NCBI GenBank assembly: GCA_963707955.1
Contig: OY970176.1
Location: forward strand, 1,979,013-2,043,012
Length of the DNA stretch: 64,000 nucleotides
Direction of reading: 5' to 3'
From: Candidatus Bathyarchaeota archaeon
GTDB taxonomy: Archaea; Thermoproteota; Bathyarchaeia; Bathyarchaeales; Bathycorpusculaceae
How positions within the stretch are numbered: the first letter of the stretch is position 1; each line of letters opens with the position of its first letter. A program made the translations under genes and the position numbers. The notes below the pieces were generated by a model. The model did not search any database, was not told where the DNA came from, and saw nothing but the letters and a program-made list of their open reading frames with translations. This document shows, in pieces, positions 48,174 through 56,729 of this stretch.

Positions 48174-49331
48174 ATGAGTCTCCAAAGAATAAAAGATTCC
48201 CAAACAACATTAACTCTGATTGTTGCCACAGTTTTGTTTGCTCCAGCCGAGGTTGTTCTGTTTTATGCGGGAATACTTGTATCAACAAACTGGTCGACTA
48301 TGAATGGTCAAACAACTCAGATATTTGTGCTAAGAGACTATGGAGTTTGGTATCTGGCAGGTTGGTCAATTTTGCCAATTCTCTATTGTATAATTGCATC
48401 TCTCTATTTCTCACCAAAAAGAATTGTTTCGCCCTTAAATACGCAGATTTTTGCTTGGTTAATACTGTCTGTAGTCGAGTTTCTACACGAATACGACACG
48501 CTTTATTCGTATTACAATTACTACACTCACACACCTCCACCAGTTGCCCAAATAAACACAATGATTTCAACATGGGCTTCCAATTCGTTTGCTTTATTCT
48601 TCATCTTTGTTTTTGCTGGTCTCGGTCAACTGCTTATGGTTCGATTGATGGTGGGTCCTAATTTGATTGGTGTATGGCGAAAAACGTACGCTGTTAATGC
48701 AAAATGCGAGGTTCTTGATAGCGTTCTTTGTGAATTAGAAGATTACAGAAGACACGAAGAGGATGACGGTCTTATCGTTTATAAAATGCCTACAGGATTT
48801 GTTGATAAGGTTCTTATGGTTCTTGGTCCTGATCCGAGAAACAAGGATCATTCCCTTCTTGCAACTGTAGCTTACCATTCTGGAGTTTACTCCTATGAAC
48901 AAAGCGATGAATCAGCAGTTAAGAGAAATAGAACAATCTTTGAAATAGAGGGTAGATTACGGCATGCAGATTCTCCCGCCACTATAGAAGAGTTGAAAGA
49001 AGAATTGTATGATCCTGCAACAGCAAGAGCGTATGATTTAGCAATTAAGCCAACTCGGACACCGTTCAAAAGAATGGAAAAACTTGTTTCTCAAATTCCA
49101 CCCTTCTACAAATGGTTCATGGCTATAACATCCGTTCTAATTGTGCTGGTTCAGGTAGCTTATTTCACATCCTACTTCCATATTGATACGAATACATGGA
49201 TAAGCACAACTGTGCTTTTGCTCTTTGCCTTTTTTGCAGAAGCAGCGATACCTTTGAGGGATGAGATTCAAGCTCGATTGAAAGAACGATTAAGAAAAGA
49301 AGCGAGTGCTGATAAAGAGGGCAAGCCTTAA
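48174..49331 (+). CDS. transposon cargo: membrane protein (4 N-terminal and 2 C-terminal TM helices around a soluble domain), unknown function
   Basis: 385-aa ORF inside the element. Confidence 0.65.
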   Translation: MSLQRIKDSQTTLTLIVATVLFAPAEVVLFYAGILVSTNWSTMNGQTTQIFVLRDYGVWYLAGWSILPILYCIIASLYFSPKRIVSPLNTQIFAWLILSVVEFLHEYDTLYSYYNYYTHTPPPVAQINTMISTWASNSFALFFIFVFAGLGQLLMVRLMVGPNLIGVWRKTYAVNAKCEVLDSVLCELEDYRRHEEDDGLIVYKMPTGFVDKVLMVLGPDPRNKDHSLLATVAYHSGVYSYEQSDESAVKRNRTIFEIEGRLRHADSPATIEELKEELYDPATARAYDLAIKPTRTPFKRMEKLVSQIPPFYKWFMAITSVLIVLVQVAYFTSYFHIDTNTWISTTVLLLFAFFAEAAIPLRDEIQARLKERLRKEASADKEGKP

Positions 49332-49354
49332 ATACTAAATATGGCTTATAGGAT

Positions 49355-50260
49355 ATGTATAGGAGCGTAATAGGAATGAAATGCAAATACTGCGACTCCG
49401 AGAAAGTCGTGAAGGCTGGTATGAAGGGCAATAAGCAGAGATACCTCTGCAACGATTGTGGTCACAAGTTTGTTGAAGGTTCAGATTTTCCGAGAATGAG
49501 AACCGAGGCACGCATCATATCTTCTAGCATTGACTTTTATTTTGAAGGATTAAGCACTAGAAAGATTCAGACTCAGATTGAGAAACTCTATGGCGTTCAT
49601 GTTGACCATTCAACAGTGTTAAGGTGGATCTTGAAATACTCTAACCTAGTCTCTCAGTATGTCGAAACACTAACGCCTCAGTTGCTAGGTATCTATCACG
49701 TTGACGAAACAGTGATTAAGTGTAAGGGTGTTCAAAAGTGGTTCTGGGAAATTATTGACGACCAGACTAAATTCCTAGTTGCTGGTCACTTGTCAGGTTC
49801 AAGAACAGCCGAAGATGCAATCACTCTTTTTGAGAAAAGCATCAGAGTAGCTAAGAAGAAACCAACTTCAATTTACTGTGATGGGTTGCCTTCTTACGTG
49901 GATGGTTACAACAAGGTTTTCAGAACCATGCGAAAGGACACAAGACCAGAGTTGATAAGGAAAGTTGGCATCAGAGCAGTTCATAATCAGAACGTAGTCG
50001 AAAGATTACACAGTACTTTGAAGGATAGGATAAAACCAACCAGAGGCTTGAAAGGAGAAAACACTGTTAGAACTTTGCTCGAAGGATGGGTTGTCCACTA
50101 CAACTATGTGCGAAAGCATCAGACTTTGAAGATGACTCCTGCACAAGCTTCTGGTCTAAACGTGAAGAATGACTGGTACACTTTGGTTAAGGATGCAACG
50201 AAGAATGAGACGAAGAAAGAGGAAAAGCAAGTTCCGCAAATTGAGGTGACTGTAAAATGA
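49355..50260 (+). CDS. DDE transposase with N-terminal zinc finger (IS6-like; IS1-like not excluded)
   Basis: CKYCDS...QRYLCNDCGHKF zinc finger. DDE candidates: HVDET, IYCDGLPSY, NVVERLHSTLKDR (E plus K at +7). Confidence 0.85.
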   Translation: MYRSVIGMKCKYCDSEKVVKAGMKGNKQRYLCNDCGHKFVEGSDFPRMRTEARIISSSIDFYFEGLSTRKIQTQIEKLYGVHVDHSTVLRWILKYSNLVSQYVETLTPQLLGIYHVDETVIKCKGVQKWFWEIIDDQTKFLVAGHLSGSRTAEDAITLFEKSIRVAKKKPTSIYCDGLPSYVDGYNKVFRTMRKDTRPELIRKVGIRAVHNQNVVERLHSTLKDRIKPTRGLKGENTVRTLLEGWVVHYNYVRKHQTLKMTPAQASGLNVKNDWYTLVKDATKNETKKEEKQVPQIEVTVK

Positions 50261-50412
50261 AGAAGATTCTTGTTAGCCTTCCAGAAGGTATATTCAAGAT
50301 TGTCAAAGAATTGAAAGGACAGCTTGGAGACAGCGATTCTGAGGTTGTTCGCACTATGGTGATAAGTTTCCTCAGTGAGAAAGGATACTTGGCTAAGAGG
50401 GAGAATGAATGA
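50257..50412 (+). CDS. ribbon-helix-helix (CopG/Arc-like) protein, 51 aa
   Basis: Below the ORF-track cutoff. ATGA overlap with the transposase stop. MKKILVSLPEGIFKIVKELKGQLGDSDSEVVRTMVISFL. Confidence 0.6.
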   Translation: MKKILVSLPEGIFKIVKELKGQLGDSDSEVVRTMVISFLSEKGYLAKRENE

Positions 50413-50603
50413 GTAAACGCAAGAAAGACCGCATTAAAGAACTGGCTTTGGAACTTGATATAGTTGATCACATGATTGCTGCGTTGGTGGATGTTTTAGA
50501 AAAGAAGGGTATTTTGACCTCTGCAGAATGGGAAAAAGAGGTAAAGTTGAAGGTTGAAAAAGCAGCAAAGACAACGCAAAGTTTCAGGGAGATAGAATCT
50601 TAG
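50409..50603 (+). CDS. small helical protein (64 aa), unknown function
   Basis: ATGA overlap with the RHH gene stop. Confidence 0.5.
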   Translation: MSKRKKDRIKELALELDIVDHMIAALVDVLEKKGILTSAEWEKEVKLKVEKAAKTTQSFREIES

Positions 50604-50604
50604 A

Positions 50605-51111
50605 TTGCAAACCAAAAGCCACGACAGTTTGCATGAAACAATAGTAGCGAAAACTTTGCCTAGATTTGTTGAAAGGCTAAAGAAAGAAAGGCTTGTCTCT
50701 GATTACAATAGAGACAGTTTCCATGTTGAAATAAAGCATTTCAATGAAACTCATATGTTCAACATAAAACCCGATTTGGTTTTAGTTTTACCTGACAAAG
50801 CGAAGTTTCTAATCGAGGTAGTCAACCCCAGAGACCCGAAAAGATTACTAGGCGAGATTGTCTATCTTCAAATTCTTGGTTCTCGAAGGCTCATTGATAA
50901 TGGAATAATCTTCCTACTCCCACTAGGGTCTGAACACCCAACAGCACCCATGAAAGGTTTGAGACTTTCATTCACATCACTCGCTACTGGTCTGGAGCAA
51001 ATCGTTTCTACAAAGATTCCGTGTGATATAGCCTCATGGTCAACGACTGAGGAAAACAACTACGTCAATTTGAGAGGCTCTATTATATATCGTCCTAAGT
51101 TGCACTTATAG
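50605..51111 (+). CDS. hypothetical protein, weak PD-(D/E)xK-nuclease-like pattern
   Basis: HETIV...KPDLVLVLPDKAKFLIEVVNPRD. TTG start 1 nt after the previous stop. Confidence 0.5.
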   Translation: MQTKSHDSLHETIVAKTLPRFVERLKKERLVSDYNRDSFHVEIKHFNETHMFNIKPDLVLVLPDKAKFLIEVVNPRDPKRLLGEIVYLQILGSRRLIDNGIIFLLPLGSEHPTAPMKGLRLSFTSLATGLEQIVSTKIPCDIASWSTTEENNYVNLRGSIIYRPKLHL

Positions 51112-51160
51112 GAGAAGTTTGCATGAGCGAACAAAAAACGAATCCACCTAATATTCTCCC

Positions 51161-51183
51161 ATGTCCCTTAACGCACCAGTTTC
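51161..51183. repeat. right terminal inverted repeat ATGTCCCTTAACGCACCAGTTTC
   Basis: Pairs with 48090-48112. It creates the artefactual twin MSLNAPV ORFs in the track. Confidence 0.85.
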
Positions 51184-51357
51184 TGTCGAAAGCGTAGAAC
51201 ATGGAAACGGTAAAATCAACTGGTCAAACTGGCTTAAAAAACATATTACTAGACTGTCCAAGAGGAGAATACACTTTATCCAAACTACATCTTGGAACGG
51301 TTTGCAAGTTGAAGTCGAGTTAATAAACGGGCTCCTCAGAATAGTCAATAGACACTC

Positions 51358-52185
51358 ATGACCAATCTGATTTCAGTTTCTAGTGCACCTATCGCTGGGT
51401 TTGGGGACAAGGAATACTACGACCTTCTGGGCACGATTGAAGTGATGAAAAAAGTCTCTGAAGAGGTTGTGGTTGATGGTTTTGAGTTGCAACTTGAACC
51501 AGAATGGGACTGCGAAAATGCACCATTAACCGATGCTGACTGGGCTGATTGGACTAAGACTCCCAAATTTACTTTTGAAGAAGTTGTGGAACTAATCAAA
51601 AGTGAGGGTCTACCAATCCTTTCTGTTCATGCGAGCAGGGATGTCGGAAGTTATCTCTGCTCTGAGAAGGAAAGAGATTGGGAGAAGGGAAAGCGTGTCA
51701 TTTATGGTGCATTGTCAGTTGCTGAAGGATTGGGAGCGGAGGTTTGTGTATTTCATCTTTGGGACACTTGGAAAAGCAGTTTCGATTTGCGAAATGTCGA
51801 GAACATTTTTCTGAAGACAGCGGAACAGTTTCCAAAGGTTAAAGCTTCGGTTGAAAATATCCCAACACATCTAGAAGGTTATTCTCCGTTCATGTTGGTT
51901 GGGTCTGCCAATTATGTGACTTTAGACTTGAGATGGGCAACTATGTATAAGGAGCTTGACGCTTTCGAGTCGATAATTAACGGTATTGTGAATGTTCATC
52001 TGCGAGGGAGTCTGAAGGAGAGTAAATGGGTTCTAGAGCGTTCAGACTTTGATTTCTATGAAGCCTTGAACAAAATAAGAAAGGAATGGAAATATTCAGG
52101 ATTGCTCACAGTCGAGCCTGAAGGTAGAATAGACGGGTCATTGTTTGAAAGCTTCCTAGAAGCGATGCACACCTTGAAGACGTAG
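51358..52185 (+). CDS. xylose isomerase-like TIM-barrel protein (sugar phosphate isomerase/epimerase family)
   Basis: Pattern LSVHA...VCVFHLW...ASVENIP...VHLRG...TVEPEG, typical of the AP_endonuc_2 fold. Confidence 0.65.
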   Translation: MTNLISVSSAPIAGFGDKEYYDLLGTIEVMKKVSEEVVVDGFELQLEPEWDCENAPLTDADWADWTKTPKFTFEEVVELIKSEGLPILSVHASRDVGSYLCSEKERDWEKGKRVIYGALSVAEGLGAEVCVFHLWDTWKSSFDLRNVENIFLKTAEQFPKVKASVENIPTHLEGYSPFMLVGSANYVTLDLRWATMYKELDAFESIINGIVNVHLRGSLKESKWVLERSDFDFYEALNKIRKEWKYSGLLTVEPEGRIDGSLFESFLEAMHTLKT

Positions 52186-52200
52186 ATTCCTATTTGTTCA

Positions 52201-52230
52201 GCTATAACTTTTCCGCAAAACCAAAAACTG
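52201..52230. repeat. intergenic module copy A (GCTATAACTTTTCCGCAAAACCAAAAACTG)
   Basis: Starts 8 nt beyond the GNAT-1 stop (minus strand). Confidence 0.8.
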
Positions 52231-52237
52231 GCTTTCT

Positions 52238-52774
52238 TCAAGCTTTCTTAGTCAGTATCTTTGGTTCTTTCCATTCTTCTCTCAGGATACTGTAGATATA
52301 GGAATCTACCCATTCTCCTCTCATGAAAAAGCTTTTACGAAGTGTTCCTTCCTTCTTAAACCCAACTTTCTCTAAGAGTTTGTTAGAGGCTACATTTCTT
52401 GGGTCAGTTTGGGCTTGAATACGCATTGTGTCTTTTGAGAGAAACAAGTAATCCACCATTAACTGTGTAGCTTCGGTACAGTACCCTTTTCCCCTCTCAC
52501 TTGGCACTAAGCTATAGCCTATTTCTAGTTGCTTGCCCGCAACATGTAGGACATAAAAATGACCTATGAAACCAATTTTGCTTCCGTCCTTTTTCTCTAT
52601 GATGAATGACTTCTCTTCATGAGGGTTCTCAAACATTTTTTCTGCTTCTGTTCTGGACACCTGATGTAGAGGATTGTATTCACCAAAGACCTCAGGCTTG
52701 TTGAACCATTCTGCAATTAGTGGCAAATCCTCTTTCTCCATAATCCTCAAATTCACATTTTTACCTTCAAGCAA
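52238..52774 (-). CDS. GNAT family N-acetyltransferase (RimJ/RimL-like), paralogue 1
   Basis: 178 aa. LEIGYSLVPSERGKGYCTEA acetyl-CoA region. Confidence 0.85.
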   Translation of the reverse strand: MLEGKNVNLRIMEKEDLPLIAEWFNKPEVFGEYNPLHQVSRTEAEKMFENPHEEKSFIIEKKDGSKIGFIGHFYVLHVAGKQLEIGYSLVPSERGKGYCTEATQLMVDYLFLSKDTMRIQAQTDPRNVASNKLLEKVGFKKEGTLRKSFFMRGEWVDSYIYSILREEWKEPKILTKKA

Positions 52775-52809
52775 GTTAACTCACCAACCCAACATTTCAA
52801 GTCGATTCG

Positions 52810-52839
52810 GCTATAACTTTTCCGCAAAACCAAAAACTG
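52810..52839. repeat. intergenic module copy B
   Basis: Identical 30-mer between the two GNAT genes. Confidence 0.8.
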
Positions 52840-52846
52840 ATTATCT

Positions 52847-53383
52847 TCAAGCGGTTTTTGTCAATATCTTCGGTCCTTCCCATTCTTCTCTGAGAATGCT
52901 GAAGAGGAACATATCTGTCCATTCTCCTCTGCAGAAGTAGCACTTTCGCATTGTTCCTTCTCTCTTAAACCCAGCCTTTTCCAGAATCTTCTGGGAAATC
53001 ACATTCTTGGTGTGAGTCGTTGCTACTATTCGAGGAATGTCCTTTGAAAGGAAAAGATAGTCCACCATTAGCTGTGCAGCTTCAGTGGAATAGCCTTTTC
53101 CTCTCTCACTTGGAACGAGACCATAGGCAAGTTCTACCATACTCATATAAGTATTAAGAAAGTTGAAATGCATAATCCAACCAATTTTGCTTCCGTCTTT
53201 CTTCTCAATGATAAAATGCTTCGTTTCGAAAACGGTACTCTCCAAGAACTTCTCCATCCCTGCCCTAGTACCCTGTGTTGGAGAGAAATATTCAGCAAAG
53301 TCTGGGTTATTCCACCAGTCCACAAGAAACGGCACATCCTCTTTCTCTGCAACCCTCAAATTCACATTCTTGCCTTCAAGCAA
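52847..53383 (-). CDS. GNAT family N-acetyltransferase, paralogue 2
   Basis: 178 aa, collinear with paralogue 1 (MLEGKNVNLR...ILTKxA). Confidence 0.85.
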   Translation of the reverse strand: MLEGKNVNLRVAEKEDVPFLVDWWNNPDFAEYFSPTQGTRAGMEKFLESTVFETKHFIIEKKDGSKIGWIMHFNFLNTYMSMVELAYGLVPSERGKGYSTEAAQLMVDYLFLSKDIPRIVATTHTKNVISQKILEKAGFKREGTMRKCYFCRGEWTDMFLFSILREEWEGPKILTKTA

Positions 53384-53418
53384 ACCTGACCACCAATCTA
53401 GGTGTTTAAGTCGGTTCA

Positions 53419-53440
53419 GCTATAACTTTTCCGCAAAACC
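53419..53440. repeat. intergenic module copy C (first 22 nt conserved)
   Basis: GCTATAACTTTTCCGCAAAACC, then divergent. Confidence 0.75.
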
Positions 53441-53452
53441 GGTCCCAACATG

Positions 53453-53893
53453 CTAAAGGCTTCCTATGTAGGTGTAGGTTCTTGGCACGCTCATTGCTTT
53501 GAGTGTTGTGTAGCGACAGTAACCATCAACGAGTTGATAGTCTTCCTTTCGTATAATCAAAGGTGAGAGAACTACTGCCCCCGCTTCCATGTTGTGTCGA
53601 AGTTCTGCACTTCTCTTCTCAAGGCTCTTTGAAAAAACATAGCCCCTCTCAGGGTCCACGTAGTTCATAATATCGGGGTCTAGCTTTATTCGGGTTATAT
53701 CCATTATTTTCAGATGCCATTTGCGTCTTGCAAGAGTCGTCAGCCACGGGTCATCTTTTGGGTCTCTATGTTCACTTCTGGCATCTGCTTCCCACTCTTT
53801 TAGAATTTCAGAGTTGACGAAATCGTATATTGCATCAAGGTCGTCAATCACCCAGTAGCTTATCCCTTCAAGTCTCCGAATAGGCGTGTTCAA
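53453..53893 (-). CDS. hypothetical protein with ParB/Srx-like C-terminal motif
   Basis: PLIIRKEDYQLVDGYCRY resembles the ParB-like nuclease-domain DGxHR block. This is weak. Confidence 0.5.
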   Translation of the reverse strand: MNTPIRRLEGISYWVIDDLDAIYDFVNSEILKEWEADARSEHRDPKDDPWLTTLARRKWHLKIMDITRIKLDPDIMNYVDPERGYVFSKSLEKRSAELRHNMEAGAVVLSPLIIRKEDYQLVDGYCRYTTLKAMSVPRTYTYIGSL

Positions 53894-53949
53894 GACATCT
53901 CGCCGTCTAGGTTCTTTGCGTTGTTCTTATTTGAAGTATCTGAAATTTG

Positions 53950-53979
53950 GCTATGACTTTTCTGCAAAACCAAAAACTG
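53950..53979. repeat. intergenic module copy D (2 mismatches)
   Basis: GCTATGACTTTTCTGCAAAACCAAAAACTG. Confidence 0.75.
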
Positions 53980-54070
53980 TGTCTGTCTGCGTGCGTGGGC
54001 TGTGTGTTTTTTTGTTTTTGTTTGTTTGTGTCAAGGTGTAGAAAGTAAGAGAGATAATTAATAGTAATAA
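53965..54070 (-). ncRNA. candidate G-depleted (C/A/U-rich) small RNA, copy 1
   Basis: Promoter-like GGGTAAACTTTTATC (minus reading of 54093-54107). About 105 nt with a single G on the minus strand across 54001-54092. Ends at the oligo-T run of module D. Confidence 0.3.
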
Positions 54071-54346
54071 GAGAAGTGAAGAAGAAGAAAAAGATAAAAG
54101 TTTACCCTCCCACACACAACAACGTTGGTTCGTGGCTTTCTGGGTTGCCTCGCTGGTCGCGAGGTGCCTGCAACCCAATAGGCTCAGCCAATACAGAGAC
54201 AACAGCAATGGCATTACTACCTTACAATAATGAAGTTATTTCTAGGATACAAAATCTAACTGAACTGTAGAGATTTAACACAAGAAGAGTTGTAGTTATC
54301 TGGAATTAAGAAAAAAGAAGGGAGGGTTAGTTTTGGAGGTTTGAGG

Positions 54347-54664
54347 CTATTTGCCCTTTAGAATTTTCATGGCTTCTTCCATGGTCGGGAAAACCAATTT
54401 GACTTCGGTTGTCTCGGTTGCCATTAATGCCATAACTTCTGGTTCCATACTGGCTTTTTGGAAAGCTTCTAAATTTGGGGCTTCCATTATGAAGACGCTC
54501 AGATGTTCTGTCTCGACACTCCCACCCCAAAGCATCTTTACTTTGTACTTCTTCGATATTTTGTCCATGCTGCTCAACCAATCCAGGTAGACCTTTCTTG
54601 TCTTTTCATGTACCAAAGGGCAGTTTTCGGGCGCATGCCTTGAAAGCACTAAGAATGTAGGCAT
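54347..54664 (-). CDS. small hypothetical protein (about 105 aa)
   Basis: ATG 54664 (MPTFLVLSRHAPENCP...) with GGAG 11 nt upstream and TTTTATAT about 45 nt upstream. The listed TTG 54679 start is less likely. Confidence 0.6.
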   Translation of the reverse strand: MPTFLVLSRHAPENCPLVHEKTRKVYLDWLSSMDKISKKYKVKMLWGGSVETEHLSVFIMEAPNLEAFQKASMEPEVMALMATETTEVKLVFPTMEEAMKILKGK

Positions 54665-54729
54665 ATTAACACGCTCCAAACTATCTTTTTTGCACGAACA
54701 ATATAAAAGACTTTGCTCGGAAGTTTACA

Positions 54730-54829
54730 ACAAATAAAAGTGTGTGTGTTATGTGTGTTTGTTGTGTGTGAAGAGAGACTAAGTAAGTATAGTAGAGTGA
54801 GTTAGGGAGTCGTAGTAGTAGAGCAAGGG
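54730..54829 (-). ncRNA. candidate G-depleted small RNA, copy 2
   Basis: Promoter-like GGGGTAAAGTTTTATC (54851-54866). 3 G on the minus strand across 54741-54850. Shares a TCTCTCTT...ACACAAACA CA-repeat layout with copy 1. T-rich end at 54728-54742. Confidence 0.3.
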
Positions 54830-54969
54830 TTTTGGTGTTTTGGGTTTTGGGATAAAACTTTACCCCCCAAACCCAAACCCAAAAAAAACACACAAAACCC
54901 ATGTGAGAAATGCAGAACTGTTATAACAAGAAAAAAATAGGGAGTAGATAGTATGGTTCGAGTAGCGGG

Positions 54970-55470
54970 TTAGCTTGTTGTGATCGACCACTCGCATGGG
55001 ATTTTTCCTGTTTTCGCCGTGGCTTTCCATCCCAACAGTTTTGCTGTGTCCACGACTGATGAAGCACAGAATTCGCACAGTGGTGTTCCAGGACCTCCAA
55101 CGCCAATTTTTGATGCCCCACATGTGGTTGCTTGAAGAACAACCTTCCTGGGCGACTCTTCAAGAACTTTTATGTCGTTGCCTACGATCTGAAAGAATGT
55201 GCGAGCATAGTTCAGAGCCTTTAATGCTCCCTCTCCTGGCGTTTGTTTCCACACATCCGAGTTAACAGAATCCTTCGCGAAAGCAGCAAAGAATTTCTTA
55301 ACCCCTTCGTCACCATAATTGCTTCTGATGAAGGCTATGGCACTTATCATTCCCACGTTGCCGAAAGACCTGGCGCCTGCAAGTTTCTCCTCTAAAGAAA
55401 GAGCTTTGCCCATATTCATCTCCTCACCCTCTACCATCTCTAGTTTCCACTTATAACATTTTGTATTCAA
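54970..55470 (-). CDS. hypothetical protein
   Basis: 166-aa ORF. An internal ATG (MNMGKALS) is possibly the true start. Confidence 0.5.
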   Translation of the reverse strand: MNTKCYKWKLEMVEGEEMNMGKALSLEEKLAGARSFGNVGMISAIAFIRSNYGDEGVKKFFAAFAKDSVNSDVWKQTPGEGALKALNYARTFFQIVGNDIKVLEESPRKVVLQATTCGASKIGVGGPGTPLCEFCASSVVDTAKLLGWKATAKTGKIPCEWSITTS

Positions 55471-55754
55471 CTAGAAGCATTAGTTTGGTAGTAATTTGGC
55501 ACAACAACTCTGGGAATCCAATTTTCCCTTTCATTTCTCAAATATTTGGCAAACAGTAAAGCGCGCGCTGTTGATCTTTCTAGTCAATCGTGATTTCACG
55601 GGCGGAGGAATATTGACTTCAGTGGGCATCGTGCTTGCACTGCTGGCACGCAAGCTTGAGCATCTGAAGGTCAGAACAGAGTTATTTGAGATCGAAGTTC
55701 AGCTCAACTAGAGTTATGTGGTCGGTTTATCACGCCTGAGCTCTCAACCGCACG

Positions 55755-56477
55755 TCAATTCGAATCCATTGTCATTATTTCGTCGTAATTCTGGTATAGC
55801 ATTCTGTCAAATTCTATTCCCAAGATTCCAAGGGGTTTACAGACTTCTGTTAGAATGTCACTTTCAATCATGTCATAGGACTCGGGGGCACTTTCAAAGC
55901 CCTTTGGGGTTTTAATTCCTATTTTGTTCAGCACATTTCGTACTCGAACATCGAAGGCTATTGCGTTTTTCAGGAGGCCAAGTTCCATCAAGAAGTCTCT
56001 GGCGCTTTTGCTTTTCAGAAACTGGAGTTCACTCATCAAACATTCTATTCTTTTCTTGTCAGCATCGGGTCCATTGAGTTCAGATAGTATCTTTATGAAT
56101 ATCTTCGGGCCTCCTTTGTTCTGTAACGCTTTTAGATTATGTACCAACGCTCCAGTTTTCCTACACTTTGAGATAGAAGAGCTGGCATAGCGTGTTCCAA
56201 CTTTGCGCAGAACGCGATTTATTGTCCTCGCTTGATCAGCTTCTCGCATTTTGATGAGCTTTTCGTAAGCAACTTCATTTTGGAGCCGAGCATCCTTTTC
56301 GAATTTCTGAGCGGGAAGTGAATTGCCTACAGTGATTACCTGAGCAACCAAGTGCCACCAAACGTCATCGTCGTTCCAATCTTGCCAGTTATCCGCGGCA
56401 GGAACCTTTGTGTTGTTGTAGAAACGATCTTTTATCTCTTTGAACTTTCCTATCTGTTCCTGACTGATACGCAGCAT
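55755..56477 (-). CDS. hypothetical protein, weak HhH-type DNA glycosylase-like pattern
   Basis: FLKSKSARDFLMELGLLKNAIAFDVRVRNVL resembles the HhH-GPD helix-hairpin-helix/Asp region. Not verified. Confidence 0.55.
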   Translation of the reverse strand: MLRISQEQIGKFKEIKDRFYNNTKVPAADNWQDWNDDDVWWHLVAQVITVGNSLPAQKFEKDARLQNEVAYEKLIKMREADQARTINRVLRKVGTRYASSSISKCRKTGALVHNLKALQNKGGPKIFIKILSELNGPDADKKRIECLMSELQFLKSKSARDFLMELGLLKNAIAFDVRVRNVLNKIGIKTPKGFESAPESYDMIESDILTEVCKPLGILGIEFDRMLYQNYDEIMTMDSN

Positions 56478-56551
56478 GCCGTTTCTCTATACATCAAGTT
56501 CATATAAAATTGACGTGCATCTAGTGCACACGACGAGTAGCGCGCGCGTCA

Positions 56552-56659
56552 AAGTTGTGCAGTGACAGAAAATGTGGACAATGTCCAGTTGAAGATTTAT
56601 GCGACAAAACAAAAGGGATAACGTTCAAGGAGAACACAGTCATTTGGAAAGGTGTCTAG
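56552..56659 (+). pseudogene. fragment resembling the C-terminal Fe-S cluster loop of an EndoIII-type glycosylase
   Basis: LCSDRKCGQCPVEDLCDK... begins right after a (GC)4.5 tract. No upstream coding sequence. Confidence 0.35.
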
Positions 56660-56729
56660 TTGCGCGCGCGGCGCCAACGTCTTTATTCTTCTCCGCAAGG
56701 CACGCCAACATTGAGCGAGCACTCCTACA

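Larger units (their letters stand above)
48090..51183 (+). mobile_element. 3.1-kb IS-like transposon with cargo genes
   Basis: 23-bp terminal inverted repeats (21/23) at 48090-48112 and 51161-51183. They are directly flanked by the 9-bp direct repeat TGTCGAAAG (48081-48089 and 51184-51192). Contains a DDE transposase gene. Confidence 0.8.

Noticed and set aside
48080-48661. 193-aa ORF overlapping the 5' part of the transposon membrane-protein gene
   Set aside because: It is Cys/Ser-rich and out of frame. It starts outside the element and crosses the inverted repeat. The 385-aa frame with clear TM helices is preferred.
47906-51361. Twin small ORFs starting MSLNAPV (47906..48112 minus, 51161..51361 plus)
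   Set aside because: Their shared N-termini are simply the transposon terminal inverted repeats translated. Beyond the repeats the sequences are unrelated and overlap better-supported features.
52201-53979. Integron-like gene cassette array with attC sites
   Set aside because: The repeats lack the R''/L''...L'/R' imperfect inverted-repeat structure and the GTTRRRY core. No integrase is nearby. The motif reads naturally as an oligo-T terminator plus BRE/TATA promoter.
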